Part shown: piece after piece, positions 26,901 to 42,000 of the stretch | Position numbering within the stretch: the first letter of the stretch is position 1 | How the letters are laid out: each line of letters begins with the position of its first letter | Source: Eledone cirrhosa | Lineage: Eukaryota | Direction: 5' to 3' | DNA length: 64,000 nt | Assembly: GCA_964016885.1 (NCBI GenBank) | Contig: OZ024758.1 | Location: 35,898,001-35,962,000, forward strand | Position numbers and translations under genes: made by a program | The notes under the pieces: model-generated | Databases searched by the model: none | The model's input: only the letters and a program-made list of their open reading frames with translations | What the model was told of the DNA's origin: nothing

Positions 26901-29349
26901 CAATGTTGGTGAGAATTCATTTAAATTCATGGTATTAGCTGTCAGAAGTAACTCCACTGTTGGTGAGAATTCATTTAAGTTCATGGTATTAGCTGTCAGA
27001 AGTAACTCCACTGTTGGTGAGAATTCATTTAAGTTCATGGTATTAGCTGTCAGAAGTAACTCCACTGTTGGTGAGAATTCATTTAAGTCATGGTATTAGC
27101 TGTCAGAAGTAACTCCACTGTTGGTGAGAATTCATTTAAGTTCATGGTATTAGCTGTCAGAAGTAACTCCACTGTTGGTGAGAATTCATTTAAGTCATGG
27201 TATTAGCTGTCAGAAGTAACTCCACTGTTGGTGAGAATTCATTTAAGTTCATGGTATTAGCTGTCAGAAGTAACTCCACTGTTGGTGAGAATTCATTTAA
27301 GTTCATGGTATTAGCTGTCAGAAGTAACTCCACTGTTGGTGAGAATTCATTTAAGTTCATGGTATTAGTTTGTCAGAAGTAACTCCACTGTTGGTGAGAA
27401 TTCATTTAAGTCATGGTATTAGTTGTCAGAAGTAACTCCAATGTTGGTGAGAATTCATTTAAGTTCATGGTACTAGCTGTCAGAAGTAACTCCACTGTTG
27501 GTGAGAATTCATTTAAGTCATGGTACTAGCTGTCAGAAGTAACTCCAATGTTGGTGAGAATTCATTTAAGTCATGGTATTAGCTGTCAGAAGTAACTCCA
27601 CTGTTGGTGAGAATTCATTTAAGTTCATGGTATTAGCTGTCAGAAGTAACTCCACTGTTGGTGAGAATTCATTTAAGTTCATGGTATTAGTTTGTCAGAA
27701 GTAACTCCACTGTTGGTGAGAATTCATTTAAGTCATGGTATTAGTTGTCAGAAGTAACTCCAATGTTGGTGAGAATTCATTTAAGTTCATGGTACTAGCT
27801 GTCAGAAGTAACTCCACTGTTGGTGAGAATTCATTTAAGTTCATGGTAATAGCTGTCAGAAGTAACTCCACTGTTGGTGAGAATTCATTTAAGTCATGGT
27901 ATTAGCTGTCAGAAGTAACTCCAATGTTGGTGAGAATTCATTTAAGTCATGGTACTAGCTGTCAGAAGTAACCCCAATGTTGGTGAGAATTCATTTAAGT
28001 TCATGGTATTAGCTGTCAGAAGTCACTCCAATGTTGGTGAGAATTCATTTAAGTTCATGGTATTAGCTGTCAGAAGTAACTCCACTGTTGGTAAGAATTC
28101 ATTTAAGTTCATGGTATTAGCTGTCAGAAGTAACTCCACTGTTGGTGAGAATTCATTTAAGTTCATGGTATTAGCTGTCAGAAGGAACGCCACTGTTGGT
28201 GAGAATTCATTTAAGTTCATGGTATTAGCTGTCAGAAGTAACTCCACTGTTGGTGAGAATTCATTTAAGTTCATGCTACTAGCTGTCAGAAGTAACTCCT
28301 ATGTTGGTGAGAATTCATTTAAGTTCATGGTATTAGCTGTCAGAAGGAACTCCACTGTTGCTGAGAATTCATTTAAGTTCATGGTATTAGCTGTCAGAAG
28401 TAACTCCACTGTTGGTGAGAATTCATTTAAGTTCATGGTGCTAGCTGTCAGAAGTAACTCCACTGTTGGTGAGAATTCATTTAAGTTCATGGTATTAGCT
28501 GTCAGAAGTAACTCCACTGTTGGTGAGAATTCATTTAAGTTCATGGTATTAGCTGACAGAAGTCACTCCACTGTTGGTGAGGATTTATTTAAGTTCATGG
28601 TACTAGCTGTCAGAAGTAACTCCAATGTTGGTGAGAATTCATTTAAATTCATGGTATTAGCTGTCAGAAGTAACTCCACTGTTGGTGAGAATTCATTTAA
28701 GTTCATGGTATTAGCTGTCAGAAGTAACTCCACTGTTGGTGAGAATTCATTTAAGTTCATGGTATTAGCTGTCAGAAGTAACTCCACTGTTGGTGAGAAT
28801 TCATTTAAGTTCATGGTACTAGCTGTCAGAAGTAACTCCAATGTTGGTGAGAATTCATTTAAGTTCATGGTATTAGCTGTCAGAAGTAACTCCACTGTTG
28901 GTGAGAATTCATTTAAGTCATGGTATTAGCTGTCAGAAGTAACTCCACTGTTGGTGAGAATTCATTTAAGTTCATGGTATTAGCTGTCAGAAGTAACTCC
29001 ACTGTTGGTGAGAATTCATTTAAGTCATGGTATTAGCTGTCAGAAGTAACTCCACTGTTGGTGAGAATTCATTTAAGTTCATGGTATTAGCTGTCAGAAG
29101 TAACTCCACTGTTGGTGAGAATTCATTTAAGTTAATGGTATTAGCTGTCAGAAGTAACTCCACTGTTGGTGAGAATTCATTTAAGTTCATGGTATTAGTT
29201 TGTCAGAAGTAACTCCACTGTTGGTGAGAATTCATTTAAGTCATGGTATTAGTTGTCAGAAGTAACTCCAATGTTGGTGAGAATTCATTTAAGTTCATGG
29301 TACTAGCTGTCAGAAGTAACTCCACTGTTGGTGAGAATTCATTTAAGTC

Positions 29350-32300
29350 ATGGTACTAGCTGTCAGAAGTAACTCCAATGTTGGTGAGAATTCATTTAAG
29401 TTCTTGGTATTAGCTGTCAGAAGGAACTCCACTGTTGGTGAGAATTCATTTAAGTTCATGCTATTAGCTGTCAGAAGTAACTCCACTGTTGGTGAGAATT
29501 CATTTAAGTTCATGGTATTAGCTGTCAGAAGTAACTCCACTGTTGGTGAGAATTCATTTAAGTTCATGGTACTAGCTGTCAGAAGTAACTCCAATGTTGG
29601 TGAGAATTCATTTAAGTTCATGGTATTAGCTGTCAGAAGTAACTCCACTGTTGGTGAGAATTCAGTTAAGCCATGGTATTAGCTGTCAGAAGTAACTCCA
29701 ATGTTGGTGAGAATTCATTTAAGTTCATGGTATTAGCTGTCAGAAGTAACTCCACTGTTGGTGAGAATTCATTTAAGTTCATGGTATTAGCTGTCAGAAG
29801 TAACTCCACTGTTGGTGAGAATTCATTTAAGTTCATGGTACTAGCTGTCAGAAGTAACTCCACTGTTGGTGAGAATTCATTTAAGTTCATGGTATTAGTT
29901 TGTCAGAAGTAACTCCACTGTTGGTGAGAATTCATTTAAGTCATGGTATTAGTTGTCAGAAGTAACTCCAATGTTGGTGAGAATTCATTTAAGCTCATGG
30001 TACTAGCTGTCAGAAGTAAATCCACTGTTGGTGAGAATTCATTTAAGTTCATGGTATTAGCTGTCAGAAGTAACTCCACTGTTGGTGAGAATTCATTTAA
30101 GTCATGGTATTAGCTGTCAGAAGTAACTCCAATGTTGGTGAGAATTCATTTAAGTTCATGGTATTAGTTTGTCAGAAGTAACTCCACTGTTGGTGAGAAT
30201 TCATTTAAGTCATGGTATTAGTTGTCAGAAGTAACTCCAATGTTGGTGAGAATTCATTTAAGTTCATGGTACTAGCTGTCAGAAGTAACTCCACTGTTGG
30301 TGAGAATTCATTTAAGTTCATGGTAATAGCTGTCAGAAGTAACTCCAATGTTGGTGAGAATTCATTTAAGTCATGGTACTAGCTGTCAGAAGTAACTCCA
30401 ATGTTGGTGAGAATTCATTTAAGTTCATGGTATTAGTTTGTCAGAAGTAACTCCACTGTTGGTGAGAATTCATTTAAGTCATGGTATTAGTTGTCAGAAG
30501 TAACTCCAATGTTGGTGAGAATTCATTTAAGTTCATGGTACTAGCTGTCAGAAGTAACTCCACTGTTGGTGAGAATTCATGTAAGTTCATGGTAATAGCT
30601 GTCAGAAGTAACTCCAATGTTGGTGAGAATTCATTTAAGTCATGGTACTAGCTGTCAGAAGTAACCCCAATGTTGGTGAGAATTCATTTAAGTTCATGGT
30701 ATTAGCTGTCAGAAGTCACTCCAATGTTGGTGAGAATTCATTTAAGTTCATGGTATTAGCTGACAGAAGTCACTCCACTGTTGGTGAGGATTCATTTAAG
30801 TTCATGGTACTAGCTGTCAGAAGTAACTCCAATGTTGGTGAGAATTCATTTAAATTCATGGTATTAGCTGTCAGAAGTAACTCCACTGTTGGTGAGAATT
30901 CATTTAAGTTCATGGTATTAGCTGTCAGAAGTAACTCCACTGTTGGTGAGAATTCATTTAAGTTCATGGTATTAGCTGTCAGAAGTAACTCCACTGTTGG
31001 TGAGAATTCATTTAAGTTCATGGTACTAGCTGTCAGAAGTAACTCCAATGTTGGTGAGAATTCATTTAAGTTCATGGTATTAGCTGTCAGAAGTAACTCC
31101 ACTGTTGGTGAGAATTCATTTAAGTCATGGTATTAGCTGTCAGAAGTAACTCCACTGTTGGTGAGAATTCATTTAAGTTCATGGTATTAGCTGTCAGAAG
31201 TAACTCCACTGTTGGTGAGAATTCATTTAAGTCATGGTATTAGCTGTCAGAAGTAACTCCACTGTTGGTGAGAATTCATTTAAGTTCATGGTATTAGCTG
31301 TCAGAAGTAACTCCACTGTTGGTGAGAATTCATTTAAGTTCATGGTATTAGCTGTCAGAAGTAACTCCACTGTTGGTGAGAATTCATTTAAGTTCATGGT
31401 ACTAGCTGTCAGAAGTAACTCCACTGTTGGTGAGAATTCATTTAAGTCATGGTATTAGTTGTCAGAAGTAACTCCAATGTTGGTGAGAATTCATTTAAGT
31501 CATGGTATTAGCTGTCAGAAGTAACTCCACTGTTGGTGAGAATTCATTTAAGTTCATGGTATTAGCTGTCAGAAGTAACTCCACTGTTGGTGAGAATTCA
31601 TTTAAGTCATGGTACTAGCTGTCAGAAGTAACTCCAATGTTGGTGAGAATTCATTTAAGTTCTTGGTATTAGCTGTCAGAAGGAACTCCACTGTTGGTGA
31701 GAATTCATTTAAGTTCATGGTATTAGCTGTCAGAAGTAACTCCACTGTTGGTGAGAATTCATTTAAGTTCATGGTACTAGCTGTCAGAAGTAACTCCAAT
31801 GTTGGTGAGAATTCATTTAAGTCATGGTACTAGCTGTCAGAAGTAACTCCAATGTTGGTGAGAATTCATTTAAGTTCATGGTACTAGCTGTCAGAAGTAA
31901 CTCCAATGTTGGTGAGAATTCATTTAAATTCATGGTATTAGCTGTCAGAAGTAACTCCACTGTTGGTGAGAATTCATTTAAGTTCATGGTATTAGCTGTC
32001 AGAAGTAACTCCACTGTTGGTGAGAATTCATTTAAGTTCATGGTATTAGCTGTCAGAAGTAACTCCACTGTTGGTGAGAATTCATTTAAGTTCATGGTAC
32101 TAGCTGTCAGAAGTAACTCCAATGTTGGTGAGAATTCATTTAAGTTCATGGTATTAGCTGTCAGAAGTAACTCCACTGTTGGTGAGAATTCATTTAAGTC
32201 ATGGTATTAGCTGTCAGAAGTAACTCCACTGTTGGTGAGAATTCATTTAAGTTCATGGTATTAGCTGTCAGAAGTAACTCCACTGTTGGTGAGAATTCAT

Positions 32301-34800
32301 TTAAGTCATGGTATTAGCTGTCAGAAGTAACTCCACTGTTGGTGAGAATTCATTTAAGTTCATGGTATTAGCTGTCAGAAGTAACTCCACTGTTGGTGAG
32401 AATTCATTTAAGTTCATGGTATTAGCTGTCAGAAGTAACTCCACTGTTGGTGAGAATTCATTTAAGTTCATGGTACTAGCTGTCAGAAGTAACTCCACTG
32501 TTGGTGAGAATTCATTTAAGTCATGGTATTAGTTGTCAGAAGTAACTCCAATGTTGGTGAGAATTCATTTAAGTCATGGTATTAGCTGTCAGAAGTAACT
32601 CCACTGTTGGTGAGAATTCATTTAAGTTCATGGTATTAGCTGTCAGAAGTAACTCCACTGTTGGTGAGAATTCATTTAAGTCATGGTACTAGCTGTCAGA
32701 AGTAACTCCAATGTTGGTGAGAATTCATTTAAGTTCTTGGTATTAGCTGTCAGAAGGAACTCCACTGTTGGTGAGAATTCATTTAAGTTCATGGTATTAG
32801 CTGTCAGAAGTAACTCCACTGTTGGTGAGAATTCATTTAAGTTCATGGTATTAGCTGTCAGAAGTAACTCCACTGTTGGTGAGAATTCATTTAAGTTCAT
32901 GGTACTAGCTGTCAGAAGTAACTCCAATGTTGGTGAGAATTCATTTAAGTTCATGGTATTAGCTGTCAGAAGTAACTCCACTGTTGGTGAGAATTCAGTT
33001 AAGCCATGGTATTAGCTGTCAGAAGTAACTCCAATGTTGGTGAGAATTCATTTAAGTTCATGGTATTAGCTGTCAGAAGTAACTCCACTGTTGGTGAGAA
33101 TTCATTTAAGTTCATGGTATTAGCTGTCAGAAGTAACTCCACTGTTGGTGAGAATTCATTTAAGTTCATGGTACTAGCTGTCAGAAGTAACTCCACTGTT
33201 GGTGAGAATTCATTTAAGTTCATGGTATTAGTTTGTCAGAAGTAACTCCACTGTTGGTGAGAATTCATTTAAGTCATGGTATTAGTTGTCAGAAGTAACT
33301 CCAATGTTGGTGAGAATTCATTTAAGCTCATGGTACTAGCTGTCAGAAGTAAATCCACTGTTGGTGAGAATTCATTTAAGTTCATGGTATTAGCTGTCAG
33401 AAGTAACTCCACTGTTGGTGAGAATTCATTTAAGTCATGGTATTAGCTGTCAGAAGTAACTCCAATGTTGGTGAGAATTCATTTAAGTTCATGGTATTAG
33501 TTTGTCAGAAGTAACTCCACTGTTGGTGAGAATTCATTTAAGTCATGGTATTAGTTGTCAGAAGTAACTCCAATGTTGGTGAGAATTCATTTAAGTTCAT
33601 GGTACTAGCTGTCAGAAGTAACTCCACTGTTGGTGAGAATTCATTTAAGTTCATGGTAATAGCTGTCAGAAGTAACTCCAATGTTGGTGAGAATTCATTT
33701 AAGTCATGGTACTAGCTGTCAGAAGTAACTCCAATGTTGGTGAGAATTCATTTAAGTTCATGGTATTAGTTTGTCAGAAGTAACTCCACTGTTGGTGAGA
33801 ATTCATTTAAGTCATGGTATTAGTTGTCAGAAGTAATCCAATGTTGGTGAGAATTCATTTAAGTTCATGGTACTAGCTGTCAGAAGTAACTCCACTGTTG
33901 GTGAGAATTCATTTAAGTTCATGGTAATAGCTGTCAGAAGTAACTCCACTGTTGGTGAGAATTCATTTAAGTCATGGTATTAGCTGTCAGAAGTAACTCC
34001 AATGTTGGTGAGAATTCATTTAAGTCATGGTACTAGCTGTCAGAAGTAACCCCAATGTTGGTGAGAATTCATTTAAGTTCATGGTATTAGCTGTCAGAAG
34101 TCACTCCAATGTTGGTGAGAATTCATTTAAGTTCATGGTATTAGCTGACAGAAGTCACTCCACTGTTGGTGAGGATTCATTTAAGTTCATGGTACTAGCT
34201 GTCAGAAGTAACTCCAATGTTGGTGAGAATTCATTTAAATTCATGGTATTAGCTGTCAGAAGTAACTCCACTGTTGGTGAGAATTCATTTAAGTTCATGG
34301 TATTAGCTGTCAGAAGTAACTCCACTGTTGGTGAGAATTCATTTAAGTTCATGGTATTAGCTGTCAGAAGTAACTCCACTGTTGGTGAGAATTCATTTAA
34401 GTTCATGGTACTAGCTGTCAGAAGTAACTCCAATGTTGGTGAGAATTCATTTAAGTTCATGGTATTAGCTGTCAGAAGTAACTCCACTGTTGGTGAGAAT
34501 TCATTTAAGTCATGGTATTAGCTGTCAGAAGTAACTCCACTGTTGGTGAGAATTCATTTAAGTTCATGGTATTAGCTGTCAGAAGTAACTCCACTGTTGG
34601 TGAGAATTCATTTAAGTCATGGTATTAGCTGTCAGAAGTAACTCCACTGTTGGTGAGAATTCATTTAAGTTCATGGTATTAGCTGTCAGAAGTAACTCCA
34701 CTGTTGGTGAGAATTCATTTAAGTTCATGGTATTAGCTGTCAGAAGTAACTCCACTGTTGGTGAGAATTCATTTAAGTTCATGGTACTAGCTGTCAGAAG
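29350..34800. repeat. Block duplication with offset 3333/3385, with a nested 1074-bp (20-monomer) duplication
   Basis: ORF pairs 29350/32683 and 29673/33006 (3333), 30642/34027 and 31234/34619 (3385). Private variant AAGCTCAT at 29994 and 33327. Nested pairs 31234/32308 and 31609/32683 (1074). Confidence 0.85.
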
Positions 34801-36069
34801 TAACTCCACTGTTGGTGAGAATTCATTTAAGTTCATGGTAATAGCTGTCAGAAGTAACTCCACTGTTGGTGAGAATTCATTTAAGTCATGGTATTAGCTG
34901 TCAGAAGTAACTCCAATGTTGGTGAGAATTCATTTAAGTCATGGTACTAGCTGTCAGAAGTAACCCCAATGTTGGTGAGAATTCATTTAAGTTCATGGTA
35001 TTAGCTGTCAGAAGTCACTCCAATGTTGGTGAGAATTCATTTAAGTTCATGGTATTAGCTGTCAGAAGTAACTCCACTGTTGGTAAGAATTCATTTAAGT
35101 TCATGGTATTAGCTGTCAGAAGTAACTCCACTGTTGGTGAGAATTCATTTAAGTTCATGGTATTAGCTGTCAGAAGGAACGCCACTGTTGGTGAGAATTC
35201 ATTTAAGTTCATGGTATTAGCTGTCAGAAGTAACTCCACTGTTGGTGAGAATTCATTTAAGTTCATGCTACTAGCTGTCAGAAGTAACTCCTATGTTGGT
35301 GAGAATTCATTTAAGTTCATGGTATTAGCTGTCAGAAGGAACTCCACTGTTGCTGAGAATTCATTTAAGTTCATGGTATTAGCTGTCAGAAGTAACTCCA
35401 CTGTTGGTGAGAATTCATTTAAGTTCATGGTGCTAGCTGTCAGAAGTAACTCCACTGTTGGTGAGAATTCATTTAAGTTCATGGTATTAGCTGTCAGAAG
35501 TAACTCCACTGTTGGTGAGAATTCATTTAAGTTCATGGTATTAGCTGACAGAAGTCACTCCACTGTTGGTGAGGATTCATTTAAGTTCATGGTACTAGCT
35601 GTCAGAAGTAACTCCAATGTTGGTGAGAATTCATTTAAATTCATGGTATTAGCTGTCAGAAGTAACTCCACTGTTGGTGAGAATTCATTTAAGTTCATGG
35701 TATTAGCTGTCAGAAGTAACTCCACTGTTGGTGAGAATTCATTTAAGTTCATGGTATTAGCTGTCAGAAGTAACTCCACTGTTGGTGAGAATTCATTTAA
35801 GTTCATGGTACTAGCTGTCAGAAGTAACTCCAATGTTGGTGAGAATTCATTTAAGTTCATGGTATTAGCTGTCAGAAGTAACTCCACTGTTGGTGAGAAT
35901 TCATTTAAGTCATGGTATTAGCTGTCAGAAGTAACTCCACTGTTGGTGAGAATTCATTTAAGTTCATGGTATTAGCTGTCAGAAGTAACTCCACTGTTGG
36001 TGAGAATTCATTTAAGTCATGGTATTAGCTGTCAGAAGTAACTCCACTGTTGCTGAGAATTCATTTAAG

Positions 36070-39000
36070 TTCATGGTATTAGCTGTCAGAAGTAACTCCA
36101 CTGTTGGTGAGAATTCATTTAAGTTAATGGTATTAGCTGTCAGAAGTAACTCCACTGTTGGTGAGAATTCATTTAAGTTCATGGTATTAGTTTGTCAGAA
36201 GTAACTCCACTGTTGGTGAGAATTCATTTAAGTCATGGTATTAGTTGTCAGAAGTAACTCCAATGTTGGTGAGAATTCATTTAAGTTCATGGTACTAGCT
36301 GTCAGAAGTAACTCCACTGTTGGTGAGAATTCATTTAAGTCATGGTACTAGCTGTCAGAAGTAACTCCAATGTTGGTGAGAATTCATTTAAGTTCTTGGT
36401 ATTAGCTGTCAGAAGGAACTCCACTGTTGGTGAGAATTCATTTAAGTTCATGGTATTAGCTGTCAGAAGTAACTCCACTGTTGGTGATAATTCATTTAAG
36501 TTCATGGTATTAGCTGTCAGAAGTAACTCCACTGTTGGTGAGAATTCATTTAAGTTCATGGTACTAGCTGTCAGAAGTAACTCCAATGTTGGTGAGAATT
36601 CATTTAAGTTCATGGTATTAGCTGTCAGAAGTAACTCCACTGTTGGTGAGAATTCAGTTAAGCCATGGTATTAGCTGTCAGAAGTAACTCCAATGTTGGT
36701 GAGAATTCATTTAAGTTCATGGTATTAGCTGTCAGAAGTAACTCCACTGTTGGTGAGAATTCATTTAAGTTCATGGTATTAGCTGTCAGAAGTAACTCCA
36801 CTGTTGGTGAGAATTCATTTAAGTTCATGGTACTAGCTGTCAGAAGTAACTCCACTGTTGGTGAGAATTCATTTAAGTTCATGGTATTAGTTTGTCAGAA
36901 GTAACTCCACTGTTGGTGAGAATTCATTTAAGTCATGGTATTAGTTGTCAGAAGTAACTCCAATGTTGGTGAGAATTCATTTAAGTTCATGGTACTAGCT
37001 GTCAGAAGAAAATCCACTGTTGGTGAGAATTCATTTAAGTTCAGGGTATTAGCTGTCAGAAGTAACTCCACTGTTGGTGAGAATTCATTTAAGTCATGGT
37101 ATTAGCTGTCAGAAGTAACTCCAATGTTGGTGAGAATTCATTTAAGTCATGGTACTAGCTGTCAGAAGTAACTCCAATGTTGGTGAGAATTCATTTAAGT
37201 TCATGGTATTAGCTGTCAGAAGTAACTCCACTGTTGGTGAGAATTCGTTTAAGTTCATGGTATTAGCTGTCAGAAGTAACTCCACTGTTGGTGAGAATTC
37301 ATTTAAGTTCATGGTATTAGCTGTCAGAAGGAACTCCACTGTTGGTGAGAATTCATTTAAGTTCATGGTATTAGCTGTCAGAAGGAACGCCACTGTTGGT
37401 GAGAATTCATTTAAGTTCATGGTATTAGCTGTCAGAAGTAACTCCACTGTTGGTGAGAATTCATTTAAGTTCATGGTACTAGCTGTCAGAAGTAACTCCA
37501 ATGTTGGTGAGAATTCATTTAAGTTCATGGTATTAGCTGTCAGAAGGAACTCCACTGTTGCTGAGAATTCATTTAAGTTCATGGTATTAGCTGTCAGAAG
37601 TAACTCCACTGTTGGTGAGAATTCATTTAAGTTCATGGTACTAGCTGTCAGAAGTAACTCCACTGTTGGTGAGAATTCATTTAAGTTCATGGTATTAGCT
37701 GTCAGAAGTCACTCCAATGTTGGTGAGAATTCATTTAGGTTCATGGTATTAGCTGTCAGAAGTCACTCCACTGTTGGTGAGAATTCATTTTAGTTCATGG
37801 TACTAGCTGGCAGAAGTAAGCCCAATGTTGGTGAGAATTCATTTAAGTTCATGGTATTAGCTGTCAGAAGTCACTCCAATGTTGGTGAGAATTCATTTAA
37901 GTTCATGGTATTAGCTGTCAGAAGTAACTCCACTGTTGGTGAGAATTCATTTATGTTCATGGTATTAGTTTGTCAGAAGTAACTCCACTGTTGGTGAGAA
38001 TTCATTTAAGTCATGGTATTAGTTGTCAGAAGTAACTCCAATGTTGGTGAGAATTCATTTAAGTTCATGGTATTAGCTGTCAGAAGGAACTCCACTGTTG
38101 GTGAGAATTCATTTAAGTTCATGGTATTAGCTGTCAGAAGGAACTCCAATGTTGGTGAGAATTCATTTAAGTCATGGTACTAGCTGTCAGAAGTAACTCC
38201 ACTGTTGGTGAGAATTCATTTAAGTTCATGGTATTAGCTGTCAGAAGGAACGCCACTGTTGGTGAGAATTCATTTAAGTTCATGGTATTAGCTGTCAGAA
38301 GTAACTCCACTGTTGGTGAGAATTCATTTAAGTTCATGGTACTAGCTGTCAGAAGTAACTCCAATGTTGGTGAGAATTCATTTAAGTTCATGGTATTAGC
38401 TGTCAGAAGGAACTCCACTGTTGGTGAGAATTCATTTAAGTTCATGGTATTAGCTGTCAGAAGTAACTCCACTGTTGGTGAGAATTCATTTAAGTCATGG
38501 TATTAGCTGTCAGAAGTAACTCCATTGTTGGTGAGAATTTAATTAAGTCATGGTACTAGCTGTCAGAAGTAACTCCAATGTTGGTGAGAATTCATTTAAG
38601 TTCATGTTATTAGCTGTCAGAAGGAACTCCACTGTTGGTGAGAATTCATTTAAGTTCATGGTATTAGCTGTCAGAAGGAACTCCAATGTTGGTGAGAATT
38701 CATTTAAGTCATGGTACTAGCTGTCAGAAGTAACTCCACTGTTGGTGAGAATTCATTTAAGTTCATGGTATTAGCTGTCAGAAGGAACGCCACTGTTGGT
38801 GAGAATTCATTTAAGTTCATGGTATTAGCTGTCAGAAGTAACTCCACTGTTGGTGAGAATTCATTTAAGTTCATGGTACTAGCTGTCAGAAGTAACTCCA
38901 ATGTTGGTGAGAATTCATTTAAGTTCATGGTATTAGCTGTCAGAAGGAACTCCACTGTTGGTGAGAATTCATTTAAGTTCATGGTATTAGCTGTCAGAAG

Positions 39001-42000
39001 TAACTCCACTGTTGGTGAGAATTCATTTAAGTCATGGTATTAGCTGTCAGAAGTAACTCCATTGTTGGTGAGAATTCAATTAAGTCATGGTACTAGCTGT
39101 CAGAAGTAACTCCAATGTTGGTGAGAATTCATTTAAGTTCATGTTATTAGCTGTCAGAAGGAACTCCACTGTTGGTGAGAATTCATTTAAGTTCATGGTA
39201 TTAGCTGTCAGAAGTAACTCCACTGTTGGTGAGAATTCATTTAAGTTCATGGTATTAGCTGTCAGAAGTAACTGCACCGTTGGTGAGAATTCATTTAAAT
39301 TCATGGTACTAGCTGTCAGAAGTAACTCCAATGTTGGTGAGAATTCATTTAAGTTCATGGTATTAGCTGTCAGAAGTAACTCCACTGTTGGTGAGAATTC
39401 ATTTAAGTTCATGGTATTAGCTGTCAGAAGTAACTCCACTGTTGGTGAGAATTCATTTAAGTTCATGGTATTAGCTGTCAGAAGTAACTCCACTGTTGGT
39501 GAGAATTCATTTAAGTTCATGGTACTAGCTGTCAGAAGTAACTCCACTGTTGGTGAGAATTCATTTAAGTCATGGTATTAGCTGTCAGAAGTAACTCCAC
39601 TGTTGGTGAGAATTCATTTAAGTTCATGGTATTAGCTGTCAGAAGTAACTCCACTGTTGGTGAGAATTCATTTAAGTTCATGGTACTAGCTGTCAGAAGT
39701 AACTCCAATGTTGGTGAGAATTCATTTAAGTTCATGGTATTAGCTGTCAGAAGTAACTCCACTGTTGGTGAGAATTCATTTAAGTCATGGTATTAGCTGT
39801 CAGAAGTAACTCCACTGTTGGTGAGAATTCATTTAAGTTCATGGTATTAGCTGTCAGAAGTAACTCCACTGTTGGTGAGAATTCATTTAAGTTCATGGTA
39901 TTAGCTGTCAGAAGTAACTCCACTGTTGGTGAGAATTCATTTAAGTTCATGGTATTAGTTTGTCAGAAGTAACTCCACTGTTGGTGAGAATTCATTTAAG
40001 TCATGGTATTAGTTGTCAGAAGTAACTCCAATGTTGGTGAGAATTCATTTAAGTTCATGGTACTAGCTGTCAGAAGTAACTCCACTGTTGGTGAGAATTC
40101 ATTTAAGTTCATGGTAATAGCTGTCAGAAGTAACTCCACTGTTGGTGAGAATTCATTTAAGTCATGGTATTAGCTGTCAGAAGTAACTCCAATGTTGGTG
40201 AGAATTCATTTAAGTCATGGTACTAGCTGTCAGAAGTAACTCCAATGTTGGTGAGAATTCATTTAAGTTCATGGTATTAGCTGTCAGAAGTAACTCCACT
40301 GTTGGTGAGAATTCATTTAAGTCATGGTATTAGCTGTCAGAAGTAACTCCAATGTTGGTGAGAATTCATTTAAGTTCATGGTATTAGCTGTCAGAAGTCA
40401 CTCCACTGTTGGTGAGAATTCATTTAAGTCATGGTATTAGCTGTCAGAAGTAACTCCATTGTTGGTGAGAATTCAATTAAGTCATGGTACTAGCTGTCAG
40501 AAGTAACTCCAATGTTGGTGAGAATTCATTTAAGTTCATGTTATTAGCTGTCAGAAGGAACTCCACTGTTGGTGAGAATTCATTTAAGTTCATGGTATTA
40601 GCTGTCAGAAGTAACTCCACTGTTGGTGAGAATTCATTTAAGTTCATGGTATTAGCTGTCAGAAGTAACTCCACTGTTGGTGAGAATTCATTTAAGTTCA
40701 TGGTATTAGCTGTCAGAAGTAACTCCACTGTTGGTGAGAATTCATTTAAGTTAATGGTATTAGCTGTCAGAAGTAACTCCACTGTTGGTGAGAATTCATT
40801 TAAGTTCATGGTATTAGTTTGTCAGAAGTAACTCCACTGTTGGTGAGAATTCATTTAAGTCATGGTATTAGTTGTCAGAAGTAACTCCAATGTTGGTGAG
40901 AATTCATTTAAGTTCATGGTACTAGCTGTCAGAAGTAACTCCACTGTTGGTGAGAATTCATTTAAGTCATGGTACTAGCTGTCAGAAGTAACTCCAATGT
41001 TGGTGAGAATTCATTTAAGTTCTTGGTATTAGCTGTCAGAAGGAACTCCACTGTTGGTGAGAATTCATTTAAGTTCATGGTATTAGCTGTCAGAAGTAAC
41101 TCCACTGTTGGTGAGAATTCATTTAAGTTCATGGTATTAGCTGTCAGAAGTAACTCCACTGTTGGTGAGAATTCATTTAAGTTCATGGTACTAGCTGTCA
41201 GAAGTAACTCCAATGTTGGTGAGAATTCATTTAAGTTCATGGTATTAGCTGTCAGAAGTAACCCCACTGTTGGTGAGAATTCAGTTAAGCCATGGTATTA
41301 GCTGTCAGAAGTAACTCCAATGTTGGTGAGAATTCATTTAAGTTCATGGTATTAGCTGTCAGAAGTAACTCCACTGTTGGTGAGAATTCATTTAAGTTCA
41401 TGGTATTAGCTGTCAGAAGTAACTCCACTGTTGGTGAGAATTCATTTAAGTTCATGGTACTAGCTGTCAGAAGTAACTCCACTGTTGGTGAGAATTCATT
41501 TAAGTTCATGGTATTAGTTTGTCAGAAGTAACTCCACTGTTGGTGAGAATTCATTTAAGTCATGGTATTAGTTGTCAGAAGTAACTCCAATGTTGGTGAG
41601 AATTCATTTAAGTTCATGGTACTAGCTGTCAGAAGAAAATCCACTGTTGGTGAGAATTCATTTAAGTTCAGGGTATTAGCTGTCAGAAGTAACTCCACTG
41701 TTGGTGAGAATTCATTTAAGTCATGGTATTAGCTGTCAGAAGTAACTCCAATGTTGGTGAGAATTCATTTAAGTCATGGTACTAGCTGTCAGAAGTAACT
41801 CCAATGTTGGTGAGAATTCATTTAAGTTCATGGTATTAGCTGTCAGAAGTAACTCCACTGTTGGTGAGAATTCGTTTAAGTTCATGGTATTAGCTGTCAG
41901 AAGTAACTCCACTGTTGGTGAGAATTCATTTAAGTTCATGGTATTAGCTGTCAGAAGTAACTCCACTGTTGGTGAGAATTCATTTAAGTTCATGGTATTA